The position numbers and the translations under genes are program-made. Under the pieces are notes generated by a model that did not search any database, was not told the origin of the DNA, and saw only the letters and a program-made list of their open reading frames with translations. Of a stretch of 32,000 nt of DNA, positions 1-8,432 are shown piece after piece. Each line of letters opens with the position of its first letter. Position 1 is the first letter of the stretch. Source of the DNA: an archaeon (GTDB lineage: Archaea > Iainarchaeota > Iainarchaeia > Iainarchaeales > CSSED10-239); contig DAOOUC010000005.1 of the NCBI GenBank assembly GCA_035390665.1, positions 23,875-55,874 of the forward strand. Direction: 5' to 3'.

Positions 1-527
1 TTTTAATTAGTCACGAACATTTTGATGCATTTGATATTGATAACACTAACCTTTTAGTTAAGAAAAATAAGCCAAAAATAATTGCACATCAAAGTGTTTT
101 AAATAAGATTGATGGCTTTGATTCTCTTAAGGTGCCAATTGATGAATATGAGAAAAAAACAATAAATGATGTTTGTTACTATGCACACCCTGCACACCAT
201 CCAACTTCTTTTTATCCATTAAGTTATGTTGTTTCAGATAAAAAAAATAGTGTTTATTTTGCAGGAGATACATTCATGACTAGAGAACACGAAAACATTA
301 AGGCAGATGTTGCAATCTTACCAATCGGCGGAAAAACAACTTTAGACTTAATTAGTGCTGTTAGTGTTGCAAAAAAAATTAGACCAAAATATTTAATTCC
401 AATGCACTACAATACCTTTGATCATATTAAACAAAATCCACTTGCTTTAAAAGAAAAATTTGAAGGCACAAGATATACTATTAAACCTGTAATTCTTGCA
501 CCTGGAAAAGAATGGAACTATAAGTAA
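1..527 (+). CDS. MBL-fold metal-dependent hydrolase, 5' end cut by window edge
   Basis: The frame is open from nt 3 (LISHEHFDAFDIDNTNLLVKK...) and runs into track ORF 132..527, so that ORF's GTG start is internal. SHEHFD matches the HxHxDH metal-binding region of metallo-beta-lactamase-fold hydrolases. FAGDT and IPMHYNTF lie where the downstream Asp/His ligands are expected. Confidence 0.7.
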   Translation, partial: LISHEHFDAFDIDNTNLLVKKNKPKIIAHQSVLNKIDGFDSLKVPIDEYEKKTINDVCYYAHPAHHPTSFYPLSYVVSDKKNSVYFAGDTFMTREHENIKADVAILPIGGKTTLDLISAVSVAKKIRPKYLIPMHYNTFDHIKQNPLALKEKFEGTRYTIKPVILAPGKEWNYK

Positions 528-1376
528 TTATCTTATTACTTTATCCAATTCATAGAGTGCTTGACCCATATTTCTTTCATTCTTAGTAATCGAAGAACTA
601 ATTAGATTTAAGTTTTCTTTTAATGCCACACGATTCTGTGTTTTCATAAAAGATAACAAACATCTGCTTATAATTCTAGAATGTTGCTCTATATATTCTG
701 GATTTTTTCTAGAAATTAATATATTGTGTTGGCGTATTCCTGATTTAATTGAATAATCTATTATTTCTAGAATTTCTTTTAATTTATTATAATCTATTTT
801 CTTAGAATTATATTTTTTCATTAAATAGACTTTTATCTTGTCGTGTGCTTCACTTAAAGAAGTCATATTTTTGCCATTTATTAATCTTTCTTGACTATTT
901 AAGAATTTGGAAATCTCTGCTCTTTCTTTTGCTAGTCTGGCATTATTTAATGCAACTTCGTTTCTTTTTAATAATTCGTTATGCTTTTTTTTATCTATTA
1001 TTATTCCTTCTTTTGTTTTTAAGGTATTTGTTATAGTATCATTCTCTCTTGCTTGCTTAGTTGCTTCGGTTCTAGCTTTTGTTCTATATTCTAACAATAA
1101 AGCGTCTTTATAGGTGTTTGTTGCCTTTGGCTGATTTAGTAAATGCTCTCTCTGTCTTTCTATTTGCGCAACTCTGTTCCTTTTTTGTTGTAAATCTCTT
1201 TTTTGCTTTTTATTTAATTGTTCGTAATAATTTTTCCAATCTTCTTTATTTGGTAAAGTAACTGTTTCATCTGCAAAAGATAAAACAACTCTTTCGGAAT
1301 TTTTTTTGCTTTTTTCTCTCATTTTTTCTAAAGTTTTTGGAGCAATTCTTTTTGCGGGTCTTTTTGCCATTGCCAT
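528..1376 (-). CDS. hypothetical K/R/E-rich, probably coiled-coil protein (orphan)
   Basis: Long ORF of 282 aa with a GGTGA Shine-Dalgarno-like motif just upstream of the ATG. The basic N-terminus is MAMAKRPAKRIAPK and the central region is highly charged. I recognise no family. Its stop abuts the stop of the convergent MBL gene. Confidence 0.55.
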   Translation of the reverse strand: MAMAKRPAKRIAPKTLEKMREKSKKNSERVVLSFADETVTLPNKEDWKNYYEQLNKKQKRDLQQKRNRVAQIERQREHLLNQPKATNTYKDALLLEYRTKARTEATKQARENDTITNTLKTKEGIIIDKKKHNELLKRNEVALNNARLAKERAEISKFLNSQERLINGKNMTSLSEAHDKIKVYLMKKYNSKKIDYNKLKEILEIIDYSIKSGIRQHNILISRKNPEYIEQHSRIISRCLLSFMKTQNRVALKENLNLISSSITKNERNMGQALYELDKVIR

Positions 1377-1402
1377 TTTTTCACCAATTTTTAAATTAAT
1401 CT

Positions 1403-1436
1403 ATAAAGATTATAGAAATAAAGATTTATAAAGATT
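1403..1436. repeat. three direct copies of ATAAAGATT in the rnz / orphan intergenic region
   Basis: Copies at 1403..1411, 1418..1426 and 1428..1436. On the minus strand each reads AATCTTTAT(A), which is TATA-box-like, 27 to 60 nt upstream of the ATG at 1376. Confidence 0.6.
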
Positions 1437-2376
1437 AATTATAATCTTCTATCTCTATTTCTTCAAGTGTTTTTGCAATTTTTATATTTTTATTTTTCTT
1501 TTGTAATTGTTTTTCTCTTTCATCCAAATCTGTATATTTCCCTGACAGATGTGTAAGATATATTGTTTTTATTTTTGCTCTTTTTGCAAATATCGGAATT
1601 TCTTCAGCAACTGCATGTTTTACTATTTTTGCTTTTGCTTTATCTTCTTGAAAGAAAGTGCTTTCGTGTATCAATATATCGGAATCCATAACTTCTTTTG
1701 GAACTTTCTTTAAAACTTCTGTATCACATAAATAGGCTATTTTTTTTCCAATCTTTTTATATTTATAATCCATAACTTCTTCTGGTTTTATTGTTTTACC
1801 ATTTAATTTTATTGACTTGCCTTTTTGAAGTGCAGAAAATAATGGCCCTTCTGGTATCTTTAATTTAAGTGCTTTTGCTTTATTGAATTTTCCAATCTTA
1901 TCTTTTATTTTAAAGATATAGCCGTTTGCTTTTATGTTATGGTCTAATGGAGTTGTTTCAACAACAATTTCTGAATTTTCAAAAATTTTACCTGTACTAA
2001 CTTCTTTAATATTTATTTTATACCCTAGTGGATGCTTATGATTTCTAACCAAAGTCAAATTGATTAATTCTTCTATGTCTTTTTTATACCCCTTTGGAAC
2101 AAATATATTAAGTTCAGTTGTTCTATTATTAAGTTTAAAACTAGAGAGAAGACCAAATAAACCAAAATAATGATCTCCATGCAAATGTGTTATAAAGATA
2201 TTATTAACTCTCATTGCACTAAAATTAGACTTCATTATTTGTTGTTGTGTGTTTTCTGGGCAATCAAATAAATAGCCTTGGCCATTATAATTTATTAAAA
2301 GGCTTGTTAGATTTCTTAAAGATGTTGGTGCTGATGCACAGTTTCCTAAAAATACAATTTTTATTTTATTAGACAT
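1435..2376 (-). CDS. rnz: ribonuclease Z (tRNA 3' endonuclease)
   Basis: Motifs: MSNKIKIVFLGNCASAPT..., HxHxDH motif ITHLHGDH, and C-terminal ESTF and THLS motifs typical of the short RNase Z form. The track start at 2409 is a TTG; the ATG at 2376 gives the canonical N-terminus. Confidence 0.85.
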   Translation of the reverse strand: MSNKIKIVFLGNCASAPTSLRNLTSLLINYNGQGYLFDCPENTQQQIMKSNFSAMRVNNIFITHLHGDHYFGLFGLLSSFKLNNRTTELNIFVPKGYKKDIEELINLTLVRNHKHPLGYKINIKEVSTGKIFENSEIVVETTPLDHNIKANGYIFKIKDKIGKFNKAKALKLKIPEGPLFSALQKGKSIKLNGKTIKPEEVMDYKYKKIGKKIAYLCDTEVLKKVPKEVMDSDILIHESTFFQEDKAKAKIVKHAVAEEIPIFAKRAKIKTIYLTHLSGKYTDLDEREKQLQKKNKNIKIAKTLEEIEIEDYN

Positions 2377-2458
2377 AAATATTATGTACACAAATATGTT
2401 TTTAATCAAATTGGAACATATATTATATACTAAGTTCTAATTAAAGTGGGTTATTTTT

Positions 2459-4390
2459 ATGATTAAAAAAACAATTAAAAAAGAAATAAAAGAAAAAAAA
2501 ATAGAAGCAAATACTGATGTTAAAGAGCTTATCTATAATGATACAAGCGAAATCGAAGTTCCAAAAAGAATGATAGATCAAGTAATTGGACAAGATTCTG
2601 CAATAAACCTTATAAAAAAAGTTGCTCAACAAAAAAGACACATAATGCTTATTGGTGCTCCAGGCACAGGTAAATCAATGATTGCTTCTGCTCTTGCAGA
2701 AATGCTTCCAACAAATAAACTAACAGATATTTTAAGTTATCCAAATGCAGAAGATAGTCACACGCCAATAATTAAAGAAGTGCCAGCCGGAGATGGGAAA
2801 AAAATAATAGACGAGTCAAAACTAGAAGCCGCAAGACAAATGAGTGCAGGTAAAATTATTGGTTTTTTCTTACCAACATTATGGTTAATTATCTCTATTG
2901 TGTTTTGGAGACTAGGATGGGTTCCTGATGTTGTTTTTGCAGCAATGCTTTTACTTTCAGGATTTTTAATGGTTTCAACTGCTCTTAGTGTACAAATGAT
3001 GAGTAAAGAGAAAGCATTAATTCCAAAGACAATTATTGATAACTCCAATAGAAAAGAAGTTCCATTCGTTGATGCAACGGGCGCTAAAGCCGGTGCACTT
3101 TTAGGAGATGTATTACACGATCCATTACAGTCTGGAGGACTTGGAACTCCGCCACATTATAGAGTTGTTCCTGGTATGATACACAAAGCCAACGGCGGAG
3201 TGTTATTTATTGATGAAATATCTGCATTATCTCCAAAATCCCAACAAGACCTTTTAACAATATTACAAGAAAAGAAATTTAGTATTACTGGACAATCAGA
3301 AATGTCAAGTGGTGCAATGGTTAGAACAACTCCTGCTCCTTGTGATTTTATATTAATTGCTGCGGGAAACTATAATGATCTTGAAAAGGTACATCCTGCT
3401 ATTAGATCAAGGATTAGAGGTTCAGGGTATGAATGCCATATGAATATTGATATGCCTGATACAGTAGAAAACAGAAACAAAATTATTCAATTTACTGCTC
3501 AAGAAATAGCAAAAGACAAGAAGATTCCACACTTTAGTAAAGAAGCAGTTGATGAAATAATATTTGAAGCAAGAAAAAAAGCCACAAGAAAAAATAGCCT
3601 TACACTTAAATTAAGAGAGCTTGGTGGGCTTATTAGAGCTGCTGGAGACTTAGCAATTGAAGAAAATAAAAAGATAGTAACAAGAGATATTGTTTTAAGA
3701 GCAAAAACTCCGGCTAAAACTTTAGAAGAACAAATGGTCAACAAGATGATGATTGTTAAGAAAGACTATGATATCTTTAAAACAACAGGGACTGCTGTTG
3801 GTAGAGTTAATGGCCTTGCTGTCATGAACGAGAGCGACGCTGGACTATTATTACCAATTGAATGTGAAATAACTCCTGCATCATCTAAAAATGAAGGCAA
3901 AATTATTGCTACAGGACAACTTGGAAGTATTGCAAAAGAATCTGTTGAGAATGTTTCTGCAATAATTAAGAAATTAACTGGAAAAGACATTTCCAATTAC
4001 GATATACATGTACAATTTCTTCAAACATACAATGTTGAGGGCGATTCTGCCTCAATATCAATTGCAACAGCAATTATTTCTGTTCTAGAAGACATACCAA
4101 TTAAGCAAGATATAGCAATGACAGGTTCTCTTTCAATTAGAGGAGAAGTATTACCAATTGGTGGAGTTACAGCTAAAGTCAATGCAGCAAAAAGAGCAAA
4201 AATTAAAAAAGTAATAATTCCTGAATCTAATAAAGAAGATTTGGTTTTAGCTCCTGAGGTTGCAAAAGACTTAGAAATCATTCCAGTAAAAACTATCTGG
4301 GAAGTAATACTTCACGCTTTCAAAGACACAACAAAAAAAGAAAATCTAATACAAAGAATAAATAAGACTTATGCTTTAAGATTAGCATAA
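2459..4390 (+). CDS. lonB: archaeal membrane-bound Lon protease (LonB)
   Basis: Walker [11 protein letters not shown], Walker B VLFIDEI, and two hydrophobic helices inserted in the AAA+ module ([37 protein letters not shown]). The C-terminal Lon protease domain has [10 protein letters not shown] (catalytic Ser) and [13 protein letters not shown] (Lys). Confidence 0.95.
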   Translation: MIKKTIKKEIKEKKIEANTDVKELIYNDTSEIEVPKRMIDQVIGQDSAINLIKKVAQQKRHIMLIGAPGTGKSMIASALAEMLPTNKLTDILSYPNAEDSHTPIIKEVPAGDGKKIIDESKLEAARQMSAGKIIGFFLPTLWLIISIVFWRLGWVPDVVFAAMLLLSGFLMVSTALSVQMMSKEKALIPKTIIDNSNRKEVPFVDATGAKAGALLGDVLHDPLQSGGLGTPPHYRVVPGMIHKANGGVLFIDEISALSPKSQQDLLTILQEKKFSITGQSEMSSGAMVRTTPAPCDFILIAAGNYNDLEKVHPAIRSRIRGSGYECHMNIDMPDTVENRNKIIQFTAQEIAKDKKIPHFSKEAVDEIIFEARKKATRKNSLTLKLRELGGLIRAAGDLAIEENKKIVTRDIVLRAKTPAKTLEEQMVNKMMIVKKDYDIFKTTGTAVGRVNGLAVMNESDAGLLLPIECEITPASSKNEGKIIATGQLGSIAKESVENVSAIIKKLTGKDISNYDIHVQFLQTYNVEGDSASISIATAIISVLEDIPIKQDIAMTGSLSIRGEVLPIGGVTAKVNAAKRAKIKKVIIPESNKEDLVLAPEVAKDLEIIPVKTIWEVILHAFKDTTKKENLIQRINKTYALRLA

Positions 4391-4403
4391 GTTATTTATT
4401 TAA

Positions 4404-4907
4404 TTATTTTAAAATGTGTCTTAGTTTTGGTCTAACAATAACTTTGTCTCTTGTACCACTGCTTTCTAATTTGTATTTTCTGCCATTTGAAATAATTTGA
4501 TTTATAACTCTTGTCCCTTTTTCGCTAACCATCCCAAACTGGGTAAATCCTTGTTCTGCTAGATTATCGTATGCCTTTCTTATAAAAATTTTTCCATGAC
4601 CGTTCTTTTGGTATTCTTTTTTTATGGCAATCATACTAACTGTAAACTCATTTTTCTCAAATGGGGCCTTGTAACCATAAATAACACCTATTGGCTTTTT
4701 ATCTAAATAATAAAAAAAAATCTGATTTTTACCTTTCGCATTTTTCATAAAATATTCATAGACATCATTCGGTTTTAATATTAACCCAAATATTCCTGAA
4801 GAATTTTGTATATCTATTAGGGTTTTAAGAAAATTTGGATGTTTAATTACAAATTGATGAAATTCATTTTTGTTTTTGAAATTAAAACGTTTTAATGATT
4901 CCATCAA
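4404..4907 (-). CDS. GNAT-family N-acetyltransferase-like protein
   Basis: IAIKKEYQKNGHGKIFIRKAYDNLAEQGF fits the GNAT motif A (Q/R-x-x-G-x-G/A followed by a helix). The size of 167 aa is typical. The substrate is unknown. Confidence 0.5.
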   Translation of the reverse strand: MMESLKRFNFKNKNEFHQFVIKHPNFLKTLIDIQNSSGIFGLILKPNDVYEYFMKNAKGKNQIFFYYLDKKPIGVIYGYKAPFEKNEFTVSMIAIKKEYQKNGHGKIFIRKAYDNLAEQGFTQFGMVSEKGTRVINQIISNGRKYKLESSGTRDKVIVRPKLRHILK

Positions 4908-4917
4908 GTTGCCTCAT

Positions 4918-5637
4918 TTATATTAACATAGAACTTAAATAAAACTTAATTGTACATTCTTTACTTAGATTATATTCTAAATAGATTGGAATGTCTTCTC
5001 CTAGTTTTATTATCAAATCTTTGTCGTTGTCCATTGCTTTTGTAATATTGTTTAAAAATGCTAAAGAATACTTTACTGCAAAATTTTTCTTAGATTTTAC
5101 TTTTATTTCTGAAAGTGTTGTTTTAATGTTTCCTTTGTCTCCATTTGCTTCTATTATTAGTCTGCTATCTTGTATTTTAAAAACAAGGGTTGTTGCAACA
5201 AGACTTACATCTTTTAGAATTTCTTTTAATAGCCCTGCATTTATATTAAAATCAACCTCGTATTTTAATTCAGGAAGATTAATATCTTGCTCTGAAAGAT
5301 CCATAAACTGTAAATGAAACTTTCTTTCAAGTCTTCCAGATAATAACACATCTATTCCTTGATCTTTTAAGTTTAAGGACAATTTGTCTCCTTCAAAACT
5401 TCTAGAAATCATATTTTTTAGTTCTTGAATATTTAGACCAACAAGAGTTGGTTCTATTGCATACCCACTATCAAATGCTTTCTTAGAAATATAGAAATCA
5501 ACTAAAAGTATTTGTGTCTTGTCAATAGCTTTAATGTATATTCCATCATCCTTAAATCTAACATTTGTTTCAGGGATGATTGGTGTTATTGTTTCTAAAC
5601 ATTTTTTAAATAAAGACACATTTTTTGTTGATATCAT
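4918..5637 (-). CDS. pcn: DNA polymerase sliding clamp PCNA
   Basis: 239 aa with a two-domain PCNA-like pattern: FKKCLETITPIIPETNVRFKDDGIYIKAIDKTQILLVDF..., LVGLNIQELKNMI, and C-terminal KFYLSSM. Confidence 0.9.
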   Translation of the reverse strand: MISTKNVSLFKKCLETITPIIPETNVRFKDDGIYIKAIDKTQILLVDFYISKKAFDSGYAIEPTLVGLNIQELKNMISRSFEGDKLSLNLKDQGIDVLLSGRLERKFHLQFMDLSEQDINLPELKYEVDFNINAGLLKEILKDVSLVATTLVFKIQDSRLIIEANGDKGNIKTTLSEIKVKSKKNFAVKYSLAFLNNITKAMDNDKDLIIKLGEDIPIYLEYNLSKECTIKFYLSSMLI

Positions 5638-5749
5638 AATTATTCACATTTTTTAATTAAACAAATAAAATAAAACAACAAATGATTTAAAAAGCTAATT
5701 ACTGATGTTTTGAAATAATATATTTAAAAGCTCTATTGTCTTAGATATT

Positions 5750-5767
5750 ATTGTTTCGACAAACAAT
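5750..5767. promoter_or_regulatory. inverted repeat ATTGTTT-cgac-AAACAAT between a TATA-like tract and the sdaAB start
   Basis: 7-bp arms with a 4-nt spacer, 20 nt upstream of the sdaAB ATG and downstream of AATAATATATTTAAAAG. Confidence 0.3.
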
Positions 5768-5787
5768 TTTTTAATTTGTGATAAAAT

Positions 5788-6207
5788 ATGCCACATAAGA
5801 TTAGTCTATTAGACTTAGTTACTTCTGAAATCGTTGGCCCTTCTAGTTCTCATACTGCCGGCGCCATGAGAATAGGACTTAATGTTTATAAGAAAGTTAA
5901 AGATATTTCTAAAGTTAAAATAATACTCTATAATTCTTTAGCAGACACAGGAGATGCACACATGACTAAAAGCGCACTTGTTGCTGGACTTTTGGGATTT
6001 AAAGAAACAGACCCGAGAATTCCATTCTCTTTTGAATATGCTGAAAATTTAGGAATAAAGATTGAATGGCACCACAACATTAATGAAAAATATCACCCAA
6101 ATACCGTTTTTTTTGCTGTAACTGATAAAAATCAGAAAATAAAATACTTTAGTGGAACTTCTATTGGTGGAGGAAGAATAAAATTCAAAGAGGTTGCTTC
6201 ATTATGA
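5788..6207 (+). CDS. sdaAB: L-serine dehydratase, iron-sulfur-dependent, beta subunit (short form)
   Basis: EIVGPSSSHTAGAMRIG is the hallmark SDH_beta motif. There is a 4-nt ATGA overlap with the alpha subunit gene. At 139 aa there is no room for the C-terminal ACT-like domain found in longer beta subunits. Confidence 0.8.
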   Translation: MPHKISLLDLVTSEIVGPSSSHTAGAMRIGLNVYKKVKDISKVKIILYNSLADTGDAHMTKSALVAGLLGFKETDPRIPFSFEYAENLGIKIEWHHNINEKYHPNTVFFAVTDKNQKIKYFSGTSIGGGRIKFKEVASL

Positions 6208-7157
6208 CTGAATATATCTTAAGAGACTTTGTAACAAAGGCAAAAACACAAAAAACTACAATTGCTGAAATTGTTAAACAATATGAAAAAGAAAACTTCA
6301 AAAGAACAGATAAAGAGATGGTTAATAAATTAAATAATTCAATTAAAACATTTTATACAGGAGTTAATACTGGACTAAAAGGAAACTACAAATTCAAGAA
6401 CCTTATGTTCTCCTCAGACTCAATGAAACTTAATAATAAAAAAACAAGAATCTTAGGAAATACCTTACATAAGGCTTGCGTATATGCCTTAGCAATAACA
6501 GAAAATAATCTTAATATGGGAACAGTTATTGCTTGCCCAACTGCAGGTTCATCAGGTATTGTGCCAGGGTGTATCTTGGCTGTTGCTCAAGATTATGGCT
6601 GTTCAGAAAAAGATATACAAAATGCTTTACTTACAGCTTCAGCAATTGAACTTTCAATAATAAAGAACGCATCAATCTCTGGAGCTGCTCACGGTTGTCA
6701 AGGAGAGTGCGGCTCAGCAACTGCAATGGCTGCTGGAGCTATTATTCATCTTCTTTACAAAGATAACACAAATCCTGAAATGGTAGAAAATGCTGCAGCT
6801 CTTGCCTTAAAAAATATGCTTGGGCTTGTTTGTGATCCTGTGGCCGGAGTTGTTTCAGTTCCATGTAGAAAAAGAAATGCAACAAGTATTGGTATAGCTT
6901 TTGTTGCTGCACAAATGGCTCTTTCTGGAATTAAGTCTTATATTCCATTTGATGAAGTTGCTAGTGCAATGGATGAAATTGGAAGAAGAATGGACGATGA
7001 ACTTAAAGAAACTGCTAGAGGCGGGCTTGCAAAAACAAAGACTGGAAAGAAATGGGAGACTAAAAAAGCAAAACTATTAGAAGAAGCAGAAAAGAATAAA
7101 CAAAGCTTTGCAGATATTTTAAAGTCCAAAAAAGAAGCAGATAAAACAATTCAATAA
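6204..7157 (+). CDS. sdaAA: L-serine dehydratase, iron-sulfur-dependent, alpha subunit
   Basis: Motifs: ACPTAGSSGIVPG, GAAHGCQGECGSA and CDPVAGVVSVPC (cluster-ligand Cys region). It carries a K/E-rich C-terminal tail of about 45 aa. Confidence 0.85.
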   Translation: MTEYILRDFVTKAKTQKTTIAEIVKQYEKENFKRTDKEMVNKLNNSIKTFYTGVNTGLKGNYKFKNLMFSSDSMKLNNKKTRILGNTLHKACVYALAITENNLNMGTVIACPTAGSSGIVPGCILAVAQDYGCSEKDIQNALLTASAIELSIIKNASISGAAHGCQGECGSATAMAAGAIIHLLYKDNTNPEMVENAAALALKNMLGLVCDPVAGVVSVPCRKRNATSIGIAFVAAQMALSGIKSYIPFDEVASAMDEIGRRMDDELKETARGGLAKTKTGKKWETKKAKLLEEAEKNKQSFADILKSKKEADKTIQ

Positions 7158-7193
7158 ATTGTATTTTAATACTTATCTCTAATATATTATATT

Positions 7194-8429
7194 ATGAAGA
7201 GCTTTTTTGATAAATATACTCCTAAATCTCTTGATGAAATTGTTGGAAATAAAAAAGCAATTGAAGAGATTAAAGAATGGAGTAAAGAACATAAAAAACC
7301 TTTATTTATTTATGGCTCTCCTGGTATTGGTAAAACTTTAACCGCTAATCTCTTAGCTAAAGAGCTTGGTTGGGCGATATTAAATACAGATGCATCTGAC
7401 TTAAGAGACAAAGATGCTATAAAAAGCTTGTTTAGTGTGGCTTGTACAAGTAATACTCTTTTTTCTAAGACTAGACTTATTATTGTTGATGAAATTGATT
7501 CTATTGCAGACAAAAGAGGAGGAGAAGACTATGGTTTCTTTTCTGAGTTTGAAAAGATTATTGAAAAATCAATTCAACCAATTGTCTTTATTGCTAACGA
7601 CCCTTATGAAAATAAAAAAATTAGGCCTTTGTTTGAGAAATGTCAACAAGTTAAGTTTGATCTTCCTTACAAGCAATCAATATTAAAATTTGCAAAAGAT
7701 ATTTGTGAGAAAGAAGGAATTGAATACGATGTTGTTTCTCTAAACGCAATTGTTGAAAACTGTGCTAACGATATTAGAGCATTAATGATTGATATCTATA
7801 CTCTTTCTTTTGATAAAAAAATAACTTTAGAAGATACAGAATCACTTGGAGATAGAAAGAAAAACGAAGATGTGTTTAAGGGATTACAAAAAATATTCTA
7901 TCCTAAAGATTTCTATGAAACAAGAAATGTTATTGATACTCTTGGGATTGATTGGGATCTTTTATTTGCATGGATTGAAGAAAATACCCCTAGACAATAT
8001 AGAAACCCTAATAATCTTTCAAGAGCTTTTGAAAACTTAAGTAAAGCTGATATTAGTAATGCAAGAATTAGAGGAAATAACTGGGTAATGCTTAAATATG
8101 TTTTTGATTATTTAACTGTTGGTGTTGCTTATTCTAAAAAAGAAAGAGAACAAAGTGGCACTTATACTCCTTTTCAATTTCCAAGAGTTCTAAGAATGTT
8201 TACAACAAAAGAAAAGAACTTACAAAAAGCAGTTGTTGAAAAAATTAAGCAGAAAACACACTGTTCTAAAAGAATAGTTCTAAGAGACTATCTTCCTTTC
8301 TTTTTTATTATTGCAAAAACAAACAAATGCACTAAAGAATTAATCACCTACTTTGATTTAACACACGAAGAAATTAAATACCTTGGTGCAAAGATTACTG
8401 AGAAACAATTTGAAAAATTAATGGAATAG
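7194..8429 (+). CDS. rfcL: replication factor C large subunit
   Basis: Motifs: FFDKYTPKSLDEIVGNKKAIEEIKEW, Walker A YGSPGIGKT, Walker B IIVDEIDS. Length and the N-terminal W-containing box fit the archaeal large subunit rather than the small one. Confidence 0.85.
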   Translation: MKSFFDKYTPKSLDEIVGNKKAIEEIKEWSKEHKKPLFIYGSPGIGKTLTANLLAKELGWAILNTDASDLRDKDAIKSLFSVACTSNTLFSKTRLIIVDEIDSIADKRGGEDYGFFSEFEKIIEKSIQPIVFIANDPYENKKIRPLFEKCQQVKFDLPYKQSILKFAKDICEKEGIEYDVVSLNAIVENCANDIRALMIDIYTLSFDKKITLEDTESLGDRKKNEDVFKGLQKIFYPKDFYETRNVIDTLGIDWDLLFAWIEENTPRQYRNPNNLSRAFENLSKADISNARIRGNNWVMLKYVFDYLTVGVAYSKKEREQSGTYTPFQFPRVLRMFTTKEKNLQKAVVEKIKQKTHCSKRIVLRDYLPFFFIIAKTNKCTKELITYFDLTHEEIKYLGAKITEKQFEKLME

Positions 8430-8432
8430 ATT

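Noticed and set aside
132-134. GTG at 132 as the start of the first gene
   Set aside because: The same frame is open back to nt 3 and encodes the SHEHFD metal-binding motif, which must belong to the same MBL-fold protein. The gene is truncated by the window rather than starting at 132.
845-1261. Three + strand track ORFs (845..1036, 907..1113, 1079..1261) inside the 528..1376 gene
   Set aside because: They are L/F/S-rich low-complexity mirror images of the K/E/R-rich minus-strand gene. They have no SD or motifs and are nested antisense, so they are artefacts of AT-rich composition.
2441-2641. Minus-strand 66-aa ORF overlapping the lonB start
   Set aside because: It is an F/N-rich translation of the antisense of the lonB poly-Lys N-terminus. 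It would overlap a confidently called gene and has no independent support.
2758-4281. Four antisense ORFs within lonB (2758..3048, 3499..3744, 3766..3996, 4021..4281)
   Set aside because: All lie fully inside the LonB coding region on the opposite strand and have hydrophobic low-complexity translations with no recognisable motifs. The same reasoning applies to the other nested track ORFs at 4991..5317, 6938..7129, 7310..7513, 7435..7686, 7846..8040, 11038..11220, 20915..21109, 23415..23612, 23652..23933, 24138..24329 and 25260..25442.
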